From contig NW_003526941.1 in the NCBI RefSeq assembly GCF_000181795.1, positions 892,618 through 956,617 on the forward strand: DNA of 64,000 nt. Direction: 5' to 3'. Position 1 is the stretch's first letter, and each line of letters opens with the position of its first letter. The notes beneath the pieces were generated by a model that was given only the letters and a program-made list of their open reading frames with translations, searched no databases and was not told the origin of the DNA. The translations under genes were made by a program, and so were the position numbers. Positions 26,234-41,010 of the stretch are shown in pieces. Source of the DNA: Trichinella spiralis (lineage: Eukaryota).

Positions 26234-27937
26234 GGTTAATGTTTGTAATTTTTGACAAAGTGAAGAAGAAGAAGAAGAATACGAATAAGCGAACGTGGCT
26301 CAACTCCTGCCTGAACCGTTCTTAAAGCAATCTATCAGAAGGAGGATTGGCAATTTATATACACACTACGACGGCTCTGTGCCGCGTAAACAAACAATTA
26401 TTACGCCCCCATCCGACTGACTACTCACTCGGTGTCAGTGTTCAAGCAGCGTTTGCGCTATTTAGTTATGCTATTCGTTCCGTATCGGCTAGTTTTGTTC
26501 ATTTTTCTTTATACAAACCGAAAGCAATTTGTTGTCATTTTGGGCAATATTTGTACTTAGAAACGATATTTATGAGGACAAAATTAAGCTTATATGCCGA
26601 TCATTGATCACACATATGCAAACACATACATACGTACACAGATCAGTTGATTTGAAATTAACTTTTCAAGTCTGACAAGAACAATTGTTATCATGCAAAG
26701 AACATCGTTGTTCGCTTTGCATAGTTTTGCTCAAAGCAACCAAATTCAATATCCAATCATTCAAAGTTAGCTAATAAAAATTCCAACATCAAAGTTTATA
26801 AGAATTATTTTGACAATGCGACTGGTGCAAGCTGACATGAACATGGAAAAAAAACCAAACTATACCACATGACGCTGTACTTACTTTCAAGACTCTTGCA
26901 CTTAGTATTTATTCAGATCAAAGCATTTAATTTGAGCAATTTTTATATTTTTTTTCTGTTCTACTGCATTCAATAAATATCGATTTATATAATTTACACA
27001 AAACTTTGCACCATCTGTATAAAATTTAACACAAAAGTATAAAATAAATTAAAATAGAACAACCGCATAACAAAATAGGCTACATTACATCAAAAATTGG
27101 GCAATTCTGATCGAATCAACAGAGCTGAACAAGTATAAACAAAGCAATTTGCATTTACGAGGCCACCTGCACAAAAAAGCAAAATATAAATGGCCATCTA
27201 TCAAGTATAATAATGCAAAATTGGAACAAAAGCCTACTTCATCAATGTAGAATCGTTTTAATGATGCTTATACATTTATGGAAACCTTTTAAAATGAAAT
27301 TGTAATACTTTCTTCGTGAAAATAATCACCTTGAAATAACCTTTTCAATACAATGACAGACTTTTGCAATAAGTTCAATTAAAATCTTATCAGCGAAATG
27401 TAAATTAATTCGAAAACTTTCGATAGTTTTGTAAAAGTTGAAGCTAGTTGTTCTTGTTAGCCGTTGAGCTACTGTGACTGTGTTCAGCCATGTAAGCTCA
27501 TGATCTCATCACTATTATCAGCACAAATATCAACAACTTTAAATATTAATTCATAAATGGAAATTGAAATTTGCATATCATGCGCATGTTTACTTGATTT
27601 ATCTGATTCAGGTTCTGCTGAGTTCATTGCAGGAAACACTATTTAGCAGAAATTGATTTGCAAAGAGAAAAGAAAAATAATAATAATAAAACCATTGCGC
27701 AGTAGTAATTTTAAGTACAGATGAAAAAGTAAAAAATGCATAATTAATAATGTAATTAAAAAACAACTTTTAACTTCACTTCACTGTAACAGAGCAATAA
27801 ATTCAAAAAGTTTCTTACCTTTTTTCTTTTATGGAACACGAAGTTCACTTTTATACATTTGACATGATGAAAAGTGATGGAAAGAATATGCAGAGCCATT
27901 TTAACGAATGATTACAGTTGCTTGAAGTTCTAAAGAT

Positions 27938-27942
<5 letters not shown>

Positions 27943-27975
<33 letters not shown>
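27943..27975. repeat. (TA)n microsatellite
   Basis: Direct reading. Confidence 0.9.
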
Positions 27976-27977
<2 letters not shown>

Positions 27978-29799
27978 TGAACAATTCATTTATTGCATAT
28001 TGACAAATTTCAATAAAGAGAATTCCAAAATTCTAGATATTATATTAGATGAATTAAGTATTCAATATTATTATTAAATAATATATTGCTTTATATTGCA
28101 TTTAGTTATTGTACTCTATTGTTCATTTATTGTCTATGTCTGCAATCTGTGCAAGACCAGAATTCTCTTCCTTGCATACTACTAATTAGATAAAATTATT
28201 CAAATATGCACGAATAAAAATGAAAAAGAAACATTAGCTGGTCGGTCATTTGAATTTTGATAAAGCCCATGAGAAATCTTCTGCTTTAGAAGAAAATTGA
28301 AATAAAATTCTTAGTCTGGTAAATTTCAATTTACCCCTCAGTCCATTTGGCGCCTACCTCATAAAATATAAGAGATTTATTTTTACTTTTTCCTCTTTTT
28401 CCAATTCACAACTTAATTAATATAACGGATTAAGCATTCGAGTAAAGTTATCCATGTATGACTAGTTTATAACTGCAAGTTTATACGAGTAAATCTAATT
28501 GCAATTGGACCAATATGTTGTGTTAGCAATGAATTTTCAGATTAGCAAGTTACAATCTGAAATGTATCATTCACAAGAATTTTATTGAAAAGAAGATTAA
28601 GAATACAAAAAATCATTACCTAATAAAAACTAAAAATACACTATTTTTTAAATCAATGTTTGAATGAATTTAAATAATAATGATGCTCAACATCGTCACT
28701 TCATTTATGTAGAACAGCATGACTACCACCACATTATTGTTTTTCTTCATCTGAATTATGAAAATTTAAGAATTGCTTTCTTGCAATTGATCTTCTTTGA
28801 AATATCAAAAGTACCTCAAATATAGTTTAGTAGTACAAAGTATGATAAATATCATTACTGTTGAATTTAGAATAAAGTACAGTGATTCAAAAAGTATTAT
28901 AAAAGTTTTTATTACAGTATTTTCATATTAAATTAACATTTTTATATTCTGAAAATGGAAATTGGATAAGTGGAAAAGCAGTTTGAGTAAAAATGTATTT
29001 GTTCTTGTCAAATTTGTCTAGATAAATTAAAAATAGTTTTATGTAAGGTAGATTCAAATATTATTCATGTTAATTAACAGCAAGCAGTATGAGGTATGCC
29101 ATGGAATGGTAAACAACATGATAATACGACAACGCTTCATTGCCAGTAGAGCAATTAAGGACGATAAATATTTATACAAAGCAATTTACTTTATACTGAA
29201 TGTTAAATAAAAATAGCTTCCGTTTCACCAGCTATTATTGAGCCAACAAATGCAAATTTTATATTTGCAAAAGCGGAAATTTGTCATCTGTGTATGTGGT
29301 TTTCTATTTTTCAAACAATTTCTGAACTTGCATTTATGCATTTATGCACGCAAATACTGAAACCACTCAACAGTCTGTACAAAAAATTATTTAGCTAACT
29401 TTATTTATATGTATATAAAATTACAATAATTAACAAAATTATGATAAAATTAATAATTTTACTAAACTATTTTATTGTTTATTTTGCTATGTAATTCATA
29501 ATGCACAAATTATATGTGAAGCAGAATAAAAGTACTGGTGAATGAATTTCACAAAATGACAATAACAGCGACCACATGTTCACAGTGTTACTATCTAATA
29601 ATTTCAATATCAGCTTATTGTAAATGCTGGCCACTGATTAGCGTCATCAATTTTCTTAAATCGAATTGCAAGAAGAAACAAACTTGATTTTCTAATCTAT
29701 CTACAGTAATGACAAAATTTTGCTTCATCATTCAGCGGATGGTTGGCAAGATTGTAGCGTCGAGTTGTGACAGATTTACTAAGAAAATACACTTATAAT

Positions 29800-32649
29800 A
29801 TGAGGTTATTGATTACGTGAATTATTGTATTTTATCAGAAATGAAAACTGTCCATTTGTCATTTAAGCTCAAACCCCTCTGATAAAGGGCAAGAAAGCGA
29901 TCGCGACTCGAATGTCTCGTCTCCAGCGATCAGGGAATGGTGGAAATCAGAACTGATTTATCAGATTTATCCTCGCTCTTTCAAAGATTCTTCCGGCAAT
30001 GGAGTCGGCGATATCGCCGGTAAATGCACTCTTATCGCCAGTCGACATTTTTGCAAATTCACTCACTTGTGCCTGTAATTTACACGCTAAGCAGCTGTTT
30101 GTCTTGCTTTGAGATTTTTCTGCAACGCATCACGCAATCTAAAATGAAACTGCGCTTTCCAATTCAATTCGATCAGTAGGCAAAATACCATTCCAGAGGG
30201 TTTTCATTTGCCAGTTAATTTAATGTGAAGTACTTCGACTCGAAGAGGAGGGCAGATAAGGTTTCAGCTTTGAACAATGGCTTAATGCTGAATTCCCTGA
30301 TTGATTGATATTAATATTCACGGTAGAATATTTTTTCATGTTTTGTAGTTTAATGCGTAGTATTATTAGTGAAGTGTAAATTATTGAGGGAAATCTAATT
30401 TTTGAATATCTATTTTTAATGTGAAAGTGCATAAGAATTTTATTATTAAAAACCGAATTTTAGATGAAAAATTTCACTACTATGTTGGCTATTTAATGGT
30501 AGACGCAATCTCTGAAGCGTTTAACGGCAAAAGCTACAAAGTTAATCATGGGTTTGAATTGAATGAAGCGAAACGGATTTTTGCTTAATGTTGTTAAAGT
30601 TTCTATTATCTGTGTTCAGGATATAGACTTTGTTCAAGTATTTAGTACGATTCTTACAAATGATAGTTGTTTGAATAAGCAGATGAAGCTAAACAGACAG
30701 ACAGACAGACAGACAGTCTACTGAATTTGAATTTGTTGACAAGTGTATTTGAATTCAATACCACGTCTTCTGGTGTAAAATTGCTATTTTCTTTTTTCCC
30801 TGAATCGTAGAATCAGTATACAATCATATAGTCAATCAATTAGTGGAGAATATGACATCAGAGAGGTTTGCAAGAAAATGTTAAAATATTTTCCATTCAA
30901 AAAATTTTTATTCCTCCTAGGAATCACCGAAAGTTTGGAATATTTTGAATGGTTAGGTGTTAAAGCAATTTGGCTGAGCCCGGTTTACAAGAGTCCCATG
31001 ATCGATTTTGGCTATGATATTTGCGATTTTCGTCAGGTGGATCCTCTTTTTGGAACTAATGCTGATCTGAAAAAGCTGGTGACGGAGTTACACAACAGGG
31101 GTAAGTGATGCTACTACAACAACTGACAGACGGCTAAGCCTGGTTAGTTTCAGGAATGTATTTGATCATGGATTTAGTTCCGAATCACACTTCGGATCAA
31201 CATCCGTGGTTCGAGCAGAGCAAACGCAAACAAGGAAAATACGCCGACTATTACATTTGGGTAGATGGTAAGCCATGCAGTGACGATCAGCTTCCACCTG
31301 AACCACCGAACAATTGGGTAATAGAAGAAAAATCGAAAGTTTCCAACAAGTGGGATAAAATTCATTGTACAATAATTTAGGAAAGTGTTTTCGGCGGATC
31401 TGCGTGGACTTGGTGTGCAGAACGGAAGCAGTTTTATTTGCACCAGTTTTTGAAAGAGCAACCAGACTTGAACTATCGAAACGCGGATGTGAAGTCTGAG
31501 ATGGAACAAGTGTTGCAGTTTTGGTTGGAATTTGGAGTGGACGGATTTAGAGTGGACGCTGTTATTTATTTAGTCGAAGACAAAGAGTTTCGTGACAATC
31601 CACTTGTTGGGCGTAAGCGTCGAGCATCCGGCACCGAAGACTGTCGACTAACTACCAAAGGTAATCATACAGAACCGAAGTACAATGTTGATCAGCCGGA
31701 GACGTACGAAATTGTCCAAAGTTGGACAGAGTTGATGAAAAAATTCGGCTTAAATCATAAGAAGACAATATGCTGCGTTACCGAAGGTTACAGTGATATT
31801 GAGCACGTGATGCGGTATTATTCGGCAGGCGTTAGCTTTCCGTTCAATTTTGGGTTGCTCAACTGGACTGCCGAAACAACGGCAGATGAACTGGTGAAGC
31901 TGGTACTTGAATGGCAAGAGCACAAACCGACCGACGGTTGGTCAAATTGGGTTTTGGGAAATCATGATAAAAAACGTGTAGCCACAAGACTCGGTGGCTC
32001 TCGGTTTACGAACATGGCAAACACGTTACTTTTACTGTTGCCCGGCACTGCGACCTGCTATTATGGAGATGAGCTCGGCATGGAAGATACTGACATACCT
32101 TTTGAAAAGGGTAGAGATTCTTACGGTCTACGCGCAGGACCAGAACGGTTCAAAGAAGTTAGTCGAGATCCTTGCAGGTCGCCCGTTGCCTGGATTTCTG
32201 AACTTCCTCACTATGGCTTCACCAAAGCCGACTGTGATCCGTGGCTTCCACATGGCAAGAACGCGAAACAAGAATCAGTTGACAAACAACGCGATGATCA
32301 TTTGTCTCATCTGTGTTATTTCAGACGTTTGATTCAGCTTCGCTCTTCTGCAGTGTTCGCTGAATCATCCGACAACTTTCAGCTTGTTCCTTGTCCTTCA
32401 CAGACAGTATTTGCATTCACCCGCTTCAAAACCGGCTCTCCTACGTATGTTATTGTACTGAATTTGAATCGTTCAAGTGAGACAGTTTGTGCCGATCTAT
32501 CCGCAGTTGATGATCACATCTCTGAAGCTGAAGTGGTATTAGACTCGAACAATCATTACAAACCAGGCGAGTCGATGAATTTGAAGCGCCTAATGCTCAA
32601 CGAAACGCAAGCGCTTGTGCTTCGATTCCAACCGTCCGCCCAACGGTAA
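29800..32649 (+). CDS. GH13 alpha-glucosidase/maltase (oligo-1,6-glucosidase-like group); exons ~29800-29804 (tentative), 29868-30019, 30921-31100, 31154-31317, 31381-32649
   Basis: Motifs [111 protein letters not shown] and RDPCRSP. Splice phases are consistent. Confidence 0.92.
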
Positions 32650-32791
32650 AATTGTCAATTGGTGGAAAATTAATTTTCTTTTTAGCTTCCATTGCCATCA
32701 TTCAGTCTATCGAGTTTTTACAAAATGAAACTACAACTAAATGTAACAGCATTGTGGGAGCAGCGTGATTAGCAGAATCGACGAAAAGCCC

Positions 32792-32795
<4 letters not shown>

Positions 32796-32840
<45 letters not shown>
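32796..32840. repeat. (TA)n microsatellite in or near the maltase 3' UTR
   Basis: Direct reading. Confidence 0.9.
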
Positions 32841-32842
<2 letters not shown>

Positions 32843-34937
32843 TCATCTCCAAGTTTAAATTGTAATCATTTTTACATATTCTTCTTTGATTCACATTTTT
32901 CTTAAATAAAATGCTTACTTTTTTTGAATGCATTGAAATGAATTATTGCATTGTGATTAAAAGTTGAATGAAGTTGGTTTTTAAAAATTTTATATTATTG
33001 CCTACCAATTTTTAATCAACAAACGCTTTCACGTAGTTCACGACGCCAGGAGAAAAGCTTTTCTTCACTTATAAGTTGGATGATGATGATGCACTAGGTT
33101 GATGTTGTTGAGTTTAGGTTGTTTATTTCAAAACGTACCCTGCATTAAATGTGAAATGAAGAGCCGCTATTGTACTTTCAGAAAAGAATCAGCAAGTTTA
33201 TAGAACACAAGCATTCTGTTCGCTATAGAATACACTATTTATTTAGTAAGGCTGCTCGTTAGCTGCTGGTTAAGCTAGTACATTTGAAATTTACCACCAC
33301 CGACATAATTATGGTTCTTTTAAGAACGGAGAAGCACTGCAAACAGCAAGCAGTTGAAGAGTGAAGTAATTAAGTAATATGATCCTACTTCCTTACCATA
33401 CCGTACGTAGTATTTAGAAAAAATTCCGCTTAATTTAACCAGTCAATCAGTTTACATAGGTTTTTATACTTTCTAAAGTAGAAAGAAGCTTTGGATTTCA
33501 TCAATACTTTGCATCAAAAGTCAACGTCGCATACTAATTTCATTGCATCGCTTCGTTAACTTGATTAATTATAGATGAGTTGTAAATTTTTCAATTAAAA
33601 CTAATTGAAAAAATATTTCCCTTCAGACTGTTGCACAAGAGATGCTTTTTCAATTACCGTTTGCGCTTGTTTTAGTTTATTCAAACACATTCATTTAAAC
33701 TAATAACGACGCAGCTGTAACCAGTGACGAAGTTCTGATAGCAATTATATCAAATATCAAATAACATAAAATGATGAAAATCTAAGAGATAAGCGTAATA
33801 TAATTATGAAAGCATACTACAGCAACATCGTCAACACTATGCAGATGTCAGTTATTTGTTCCTTAATTGTATGCTCATTCCACGGCGTTCTGCTTGCTTT
33901 TGCAATTTAGCTAGTCTGTCCTAATAATAATGATATAACTTACAGCCAATATTCATTCTTCAGGGTAAGTTTGATCGAAAAGAAAGTTTAACATAAATTT
34001 ACACTATCAGTCGATAGAATATATTAAACCATAAGTAAAATAGTTTTCAGTCAGAAAATTTCAAATGTCAAAATATTCTTCAAAAATTCAATAAAACATT
34101 TCACGAAAATTGCTAGAATATAATAAATAGCAACAAACGGACAATTTAATTAATAGCAGTGGCAATGCGTTTCTCGTGCTTCGCAGCATGAATGCACTGA
34201 AAGCTCACTTTAAAAAATTTAAAGTTCAAAAAAATTTCCAGGTCAATTTTTTTTTCTGATTTCATTGTTGATTTGATTCAAAAATTAATTAGGAATGCAT
34301 GAGGAAACAGCTTCTTTAAGATAGATTGCAACATTTGCAATGTAGAACAGCAATGCTAATTTTGTTTCCTTCTTTGCCATTGTACTAATTAAATTCATGA
34401 AAGCAACAATACTGACTCATTCATCATTAAATAAATAAAAACACACACACATATGTATATATGTGTGCTTGTTTATTTATATATTATACATAATTTGAAA
34501 ATTTATTCAATATCTAGGTGCTCTTAAAGTTTTGCATGCATGCATTAGCAGTTAGTTGGCGAAGCGTGATGTAAAGCTTTTGACTAAAATGTAGTTTGAA
34601 AGATTGTTCAGGCATTGATCCTATCTGTGTTCACCTAGCCTCAGTGTGATAAGAAAAATAAATGAATTGCGAGTGAAAGCTTTGCAAATCAGACGTTATA
34701 AAGTCAGCGCCCATTGCACTTGGCTCGAACTAAATGCAATAATTGATTTTCACAACTTGTGAGAAAAGTGTTCTGAATGAGTGGCCCTGACTTTTTATCA
34801 CATACAACAATGCAAGCATAATTAATTTTTAAGATTTCCAAGTGCCATTGTTTTCCAGAAAAAAGGTAAGAATGACGGTGTTTGCTTTGAATTTCATTTC
34901 ATCTTGAATCAATTGAAATTTCTCTTTAAAAAATCAT

Positions 34938-34940
<3 letters not shown>

Positions 34941-34978
<38 letters not shown>
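34941..34978. repeat. (TA)n microsatellite
   Basis: Direct reading. Confidence 0.9.
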
Positions 34979-35113
34979 CTGTTTCTAGCAATGAATTCTT
35001 TTGTTTGCTTCATTTTCAAAATTGATCAGCTAAATTGCAGTTTTTTTGCAGGTTATTGTTGTTGTTGCTACTGTAACTGAAGACTAACGACCGACCAACC
35101 TGTAGCTAACATT

Positions 35114-38100
35114 ATGGAACGCAATGATTGCAAAGATTTAAAAAATAATCTTAGTATGAAAAACTGCAAAGAAACAAACTCTGGAAATATGACAATTTCA
35201 GAAGAAAAAGTTACGAATAAAAGTTTCCTTTATGATAATTTGACAACACCAACGCAGCAAGCTTACTTTCATCATCTTCTATGGACACATCGCTATGCTA
35301 CATTTGTCTATTGTGCAGTATTTTGCAGTTTTGGCATGGGCATTGCATTTCTGGGTCCAACACTTTGGGATCTTGCCTGTCAAACATCAACACCAATTCG
35401 AACTATGACTTGGGTATTTTTTGTGCAAAGTCTGTTTATCATGCTTGGCAGCCTTTCAGGAGGACAACTTTTATATTTGTAAGTATAATAATTTCAAAAA
35501 TATAACAAAAACTGAATTAATTTTATCTTAAATCACGCTGACTTCACTGACAAAACAGCAGCAGCGGCAGCAACAAAAACAACAATATTATTCACCATTC
35601 AAAAAAAATTATAAAAAGAAAACATCTCAACGTTTCATATTTAAAAGCAAATGTTTTTTCTAGCTTTCATGCTTCACGCATTAATTTATTTTGCATGGCA
35701 ATGGTTTGTCTGACGCTCGCCACCATTCCAACCTGTGGAACTATATACTCTTTAGCTACAATATTAGCAATCATGGGTATTCATCTTGGTATAATAGACA
35801 CCACAGTTAATGTTTCCATAATAAATTTGTATCAAAAGCACGTTGCTCCTTTTGCGGCGGTAAAATTATACCTTTTACTTTTATTATTTTTCGTGTTGTG
35901 GGAATTTTCTACAAATTTTCAGACTTTGCACTTTTGCTATGGTTTTGGAGCCTTTTTAAGTCCGATCATTGCTGGACCGTTTTTGAAAAATTTCGACTGC
36001 ACTCAACTAATAGACAATAGCACATCAAACACCAGTTGGATAGAGCAATCTTTTCTAAGCGCACAGTGGGAAGAGTAAGAGAAAGAGAAAAAAGTTTCCA
36101 ACTAAGAATGCTAATCAATAAAAAAACTGTTCAACTGTTTTATAGAATTGTACACAATCAGCCAACAAATATGGCTGATGTTCAAGAACAGCTTCAAGTG
36201 CACATCGCTTTTCAAATTATGGCTGCTTTACAAGTTCGAACATTATATATATTGCAAAGTATACAAAATAATGAATCAACGTTAGTTATATTATTCTAGG
36301 TTCCAGTAATTCTACTTCTCATAAGTCTTGTCTTTAAAGAAAAATTTACCCAAAAGTCTACTGATGAAACATTTTTCACGACCGATTATCAAAATATATC
36401 ACCGGATTCAGGTATGGAAATTTTTTATCTTCACAATATAAACTGATTAATTGCTTGTTTGTTGTTCAATAAATAAAAAGTAAACTTAGAATTTTCCTTC
36501 AATTCAGAATTTTAACTTGCTTCAAAACAAAAAGTCATCACAGTTTGTAAAATCAAAAGCAATCTGACAATAATTACAATAATACGCGGCCGAAAGTTCT
36601 ACTGGGAAATTGAAAATGGAAAATATGAACAAAGCAATAAACCATACAAAAGAAGTAGAAATTTCAAAAGTGAAAGCAATAATAAAGTTTTAAAATATGA
36701 AAACACTTACCATTTTGAATCAGTTAAAAGAATTTTGAAAAATGATGAAAAACATTTTGAACGAAAGCGGTGTTATAAAAGAAGCATTCATCAAAGTATC
36801 AAGCAGTGAACAAACAAGCAGGCTGTTGTTGCATGCACTGATAAGGAAAGAGTGGCTTTTCATTGTTTGCTTTCCATTATAAAAGTTTAACACTTAATAT
36901 GAACGCACAATGATGCAAATTTTAAGCCTGCCTTATCTTAATTAATTTGCATAACTTGAAAATCATCCTTCGAAGGATTTGAATGTTAGAAAAATTGAAC
37001 TGAAAATAGAAATTATGAATAAAAATGATCAATTAATCATATATTGAAGAAGAATATGTACAATTTTTGAAATCTGAATAGAATTTTTTCACTACATGCT
37101 AAAAGAGAGCATTGTTTTCAGAATTGACGGAACTACTGGACAGTACATCGGTGAATGGCAAAATTGTTATTGCTATGGCAGGCCTGATTTTATTTTTCGC
37201 TGATGGATTACAGGTATGTTTGTAGTCGTTGAATGTATTGGGGGTATGCTTCTTTGAATTGGAACATTTATTATTAACAGGCAATGTTTGGTTCTCTTAT
37301 ATTTTCGTACAGTCGACTTACGGTGAAAAATTTGCATATTTCTGAAGCAGCTACGCTGAACGCATTATTTTGGGTAAACAGAATGGCGAGAGAAACGTTG
37401 AAAAGAAAATTCATTTATTTTAATTTATTTCACTGTCAAGTGAATTCATTATCATTAATTAATTAATTAATCATTCACTTCAGGGCTCCTTTGCTATTGG
37501 ACGAATCATGGCCATCTTCTGCACTATACACATAATTCCAATTTGCCTTCTTTTCATCAACATTGTAAGTAACTACTAACTGCAATTCAAGCAAATCAAT
37601 TTCCTTTTTTCTGGAGGTTAGGCAGTGGGGGTGGGGGGGTTTAAGAAGACAAACTGTGAATACAAAGTAGCAAAGCAAACAAGCTACAAAACTGGCAATC
37701 CGGTCAAAACTGAATTCAAATATTCATTGAAATTTTCAAGCTCGTGCAAACAGTTAGTTAATCCTGATCTAATGACACGGCAACTGATTGCCAATTAATT
37801 ATCGGATCAAATTATCAAGAGCTGTTTGAATGTTGGCAAAGCTGCATGCAATAGCTCAAGAAATGAAAAGAAAAGCAAAACTTTTATCCACCTAATTATG
37901 ACAAATGAATGGCACGATATCCTCTAATTGTAGCTTAATAATTAATTATCAAGTATTTGCATTTGGATGAGGTTGTGTGCAGAGGAATCAGAAGGTCGAA
38001 TCAGAAGCTATTCAACTTATTGACATTGAACTCTAACATTTAAATACTTTTAACAAAAATGCTTCTTTTGTATGCCTTTAAATTGTACAAAAAATTGCAG

Positions 38101-41010
38101 TAAAACTACAATAATTTTTATCACTGAAAACACCTGAGCAGCGAAATTGGTTAACTGTTTTTTATAAGTGATTGACAAAATAATTTATGGTCACTTTATA
38201 AATTGGATAAAATTATAAAATAGAAAAGAAAATGACACCAGTACATTTCAGTGGAGCTAGCAAGTTAGTCAGTCAGTCAGCTAGTTAGTTGTTGGTTAGT
38301 CGTCAGTTGGTGTAGAATTGTGATTTTGTCATTGACACAGAACGATGAAAGAGAGAGAATAATGGAAACAATTTTTCCACATAAAATGAATATATACAAA
38401 TTGCTTTAATCAACCATATCTGCCTACCATTGAAAGCTGCAAATTGTTCACGGTAAGCAGCAAGTGTATGTATGCTTTTCAATTCAAATTGTATACGCAC
38501 TTGTTGTGCGCATGAAACGAACGATCAACAGTTGCAAATTTCTTGCAGACTCCTGCCTGCAGGTTGAGCACTTTTATGGAGACGACCTCGAATCGAGACG
38601 TGCTTTGCACAAATTGCCAAACAAAAAGAACCACTTGTTGAAGAGGATTGATTCTCTTTTTTCCCCGTTATTTGTGCCCTTCTATTTTTTCAGTCTCTTT
38701 TTATTCGTATTCTTATTTTTTGTTCTGGCACCGCTCAGAAACAGAATCTCACGTCAAGGTCAGTTTGGAACGAGGCCAGGGTCCTGCTCTTTTGTAATTG
38801 TCCCATCGTCCACTGTTGACCAAAGTACGTTAATTTGTTTAGAGGGCAGCTGAGGTCAGCAGTGATGGAGAAAGAGACTCTGATGGAGAAAGCAGATAGA
38901 TAGAAGAAGCTTTTCGCGCTTGCACTGCAGTGCAGTAGCGGCCGCCTACAGTAGTGGCCAAAAGTAGTGTTTGCTCAAATAGAGGGGTGTCGTGTTCCGG
39001 CGGTCAATTTACGGACGACTTGATGATCGCTTGTATACAAAAGGGTTGTGATTGTTGGGACGAGGAGTAAAAGCCGAGCGACTGACTTGAAGCGAGAAAA
39101 TATTTGCCTTCTCTCAAATGAACAACAACCGTTCGTTGATCAGCTTTAAGCAGCTGAGCACACAGCCCCTTCATTGCTGCCTTGGCTCTGGTTAATCGTG
39201 GCTCAACTTCAGCTAGCTTAGCTGAAATATCAAACGAACAAAATCAATCCACTTTTCCACTCACTACTTGTTGCTAGTATAAATTCATGCATATTAAGGG
39301 AAAAAAGACAAGAACAAAAGCTGAAAAGATGATAGAAAACTTTCAAAGGGAACAACAGTTACTACCGTACCGTATGTGTATTCCGTTAAAAGTGATTCAT
39401 TCCGCTTGTCGAACTAAAATGAGCGCTCGAAATCTCTTTAATTAGCATTATTACACAGTGTGTATGGAGTAGTAAATTGTGAAACGATTGTGTAAACATG
39501 CTAGCCTTTCGCTGATGCGACTGTGTAAACATGCTCACCTCCTGAAAACTGAAGCTCCTGAATTAGCCAAAGTTAACTAACTAACTGACTAACTGACTGA
39601 CTGTGATGATGATCATTGAATCAAATGAAAATTCATGGAAACAGAGCAAATTAATTATAAATGAATTTTCAAATAAAATTCAACGAACCACAGCTCTCAA
39701 TTAATTATTTTTCAGTTTCTTCTGAATTCTGAATCGGATGCGTAGTTTTTTGTCCAAAAGAAGAAGAATAAATAACTTTAACAACAAATGTGAAAATGAA
39801 TGATAAAAAATTATCTGCTGATGCTTCTTCTTTTAATTCTTCTGATCCAACAGGTCCACTGTTGAACAACCGCCGGAAATTGATTGATATTGAAATTGAT
39901 TTCCCCGCTTGATAACGTTCTTCGTTTCATTTCTTCACATATAAAACTACTTGTGCAATAAGAATTCAAATGGAAAATAAGCTCATAAATAAAAATTTGC
40001 AAAAATCCAACAAGCAATATACATACACATACATATTTTGTCTCTTTCTTGTGCATATAATTTTCCGGCTTTTTTCATATTTGCCAGTTTATTGATTGAC
40101 TGAGAAGAGCTAGTTAGTTAGTTGGTTGGTTAGTAATTTGTGGAAATTTACTTGTCCAGTGGAAAATTTGTCATTTTCAGTTCGGCACCACGTTAGCAAT
40201 GCTATTTCTGGCAACGTTTGGTCACAATCGTGCGGCGCTGTATTTCGGCACGAGCATGGCCGGTGTATTCATTTCGAGCACTTACCCGATGGTGATTAGC
40301 GTGGTCGAGCAAAGAGCTAACCATGTTAGCCGTAAGTTGTTATTATCATTAGTCAATCAATCAATCAATCAGTCAATTAATTAATTACATAACAAGAAAG
40401 AGCCTTTGCTGTTTGTTACCCGTTGATTTGTTGTTACCCGCAGAAACGGCTATCAGTTTCATCGTAGTTGCCGCAGCCATTGGAGAAACGCTTTATCCGG
40501 TTCTAGTTGGTCATGTATGAATGAATGAATGATCAGTTCATATAAATAATTAACAAATACATAAATTATTTATTAATCGATTAATCAATTAATTTGTTTT
40601 CATCTTCTTTTTTCCATTCAGCTGTTCGACAGTTACGGTTGGTCGGTATTTTTGATCTTCGGCAGTGTTACCTGCGCCGGCATGATTGTAGCGTCGCTTG
40701 TACTTCGACAGTGCGCATTCAAGCGATCAGGTTGTTGTAATTTCATTCTATTTATTCAATTCATATTTTTTTTGCACTTGCGCATTTGTAATTTGAATTT
40801 ATTTGGGATTTGGGAAAAATTGTCATCCAATTTTGTACCTTTTCAGCGGATCACAGTGACCAACGACCGTCGTCCGCAGCCAGCTTTACAACAAGTGGCG
40901 ACGATCACGATCACCATCACGGAAACCAGTGGAAATTGCCACTGCTTGAAGCCTCGAAAAGACCGTCGAAAGTTTACCAAACGGCCACCGCCGGTGAACA
41001 ACAAAATTAA
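35114..41010 (+). CDS. MFSD4: MFSD4-family MFS transporter (MFSD4A/NaGLT1-like), about 12 exons with a ~2.6 kb intron at ~37566-40180
   Basis: TFVYCAVFCSFGMGIAFLGPTLWDLACQT...WVFFVQ closely matches the MFSD4A N-terminus. Further motifs: GIHLGIIDTTVN, QTLHFCYGFGAFLSPIIAGPF, LFWGSFAIGR, GVFISSTYP and AAIGETLYP. The last exon (40847-41010) ends AGEQQN*. Confidence 0.85.
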
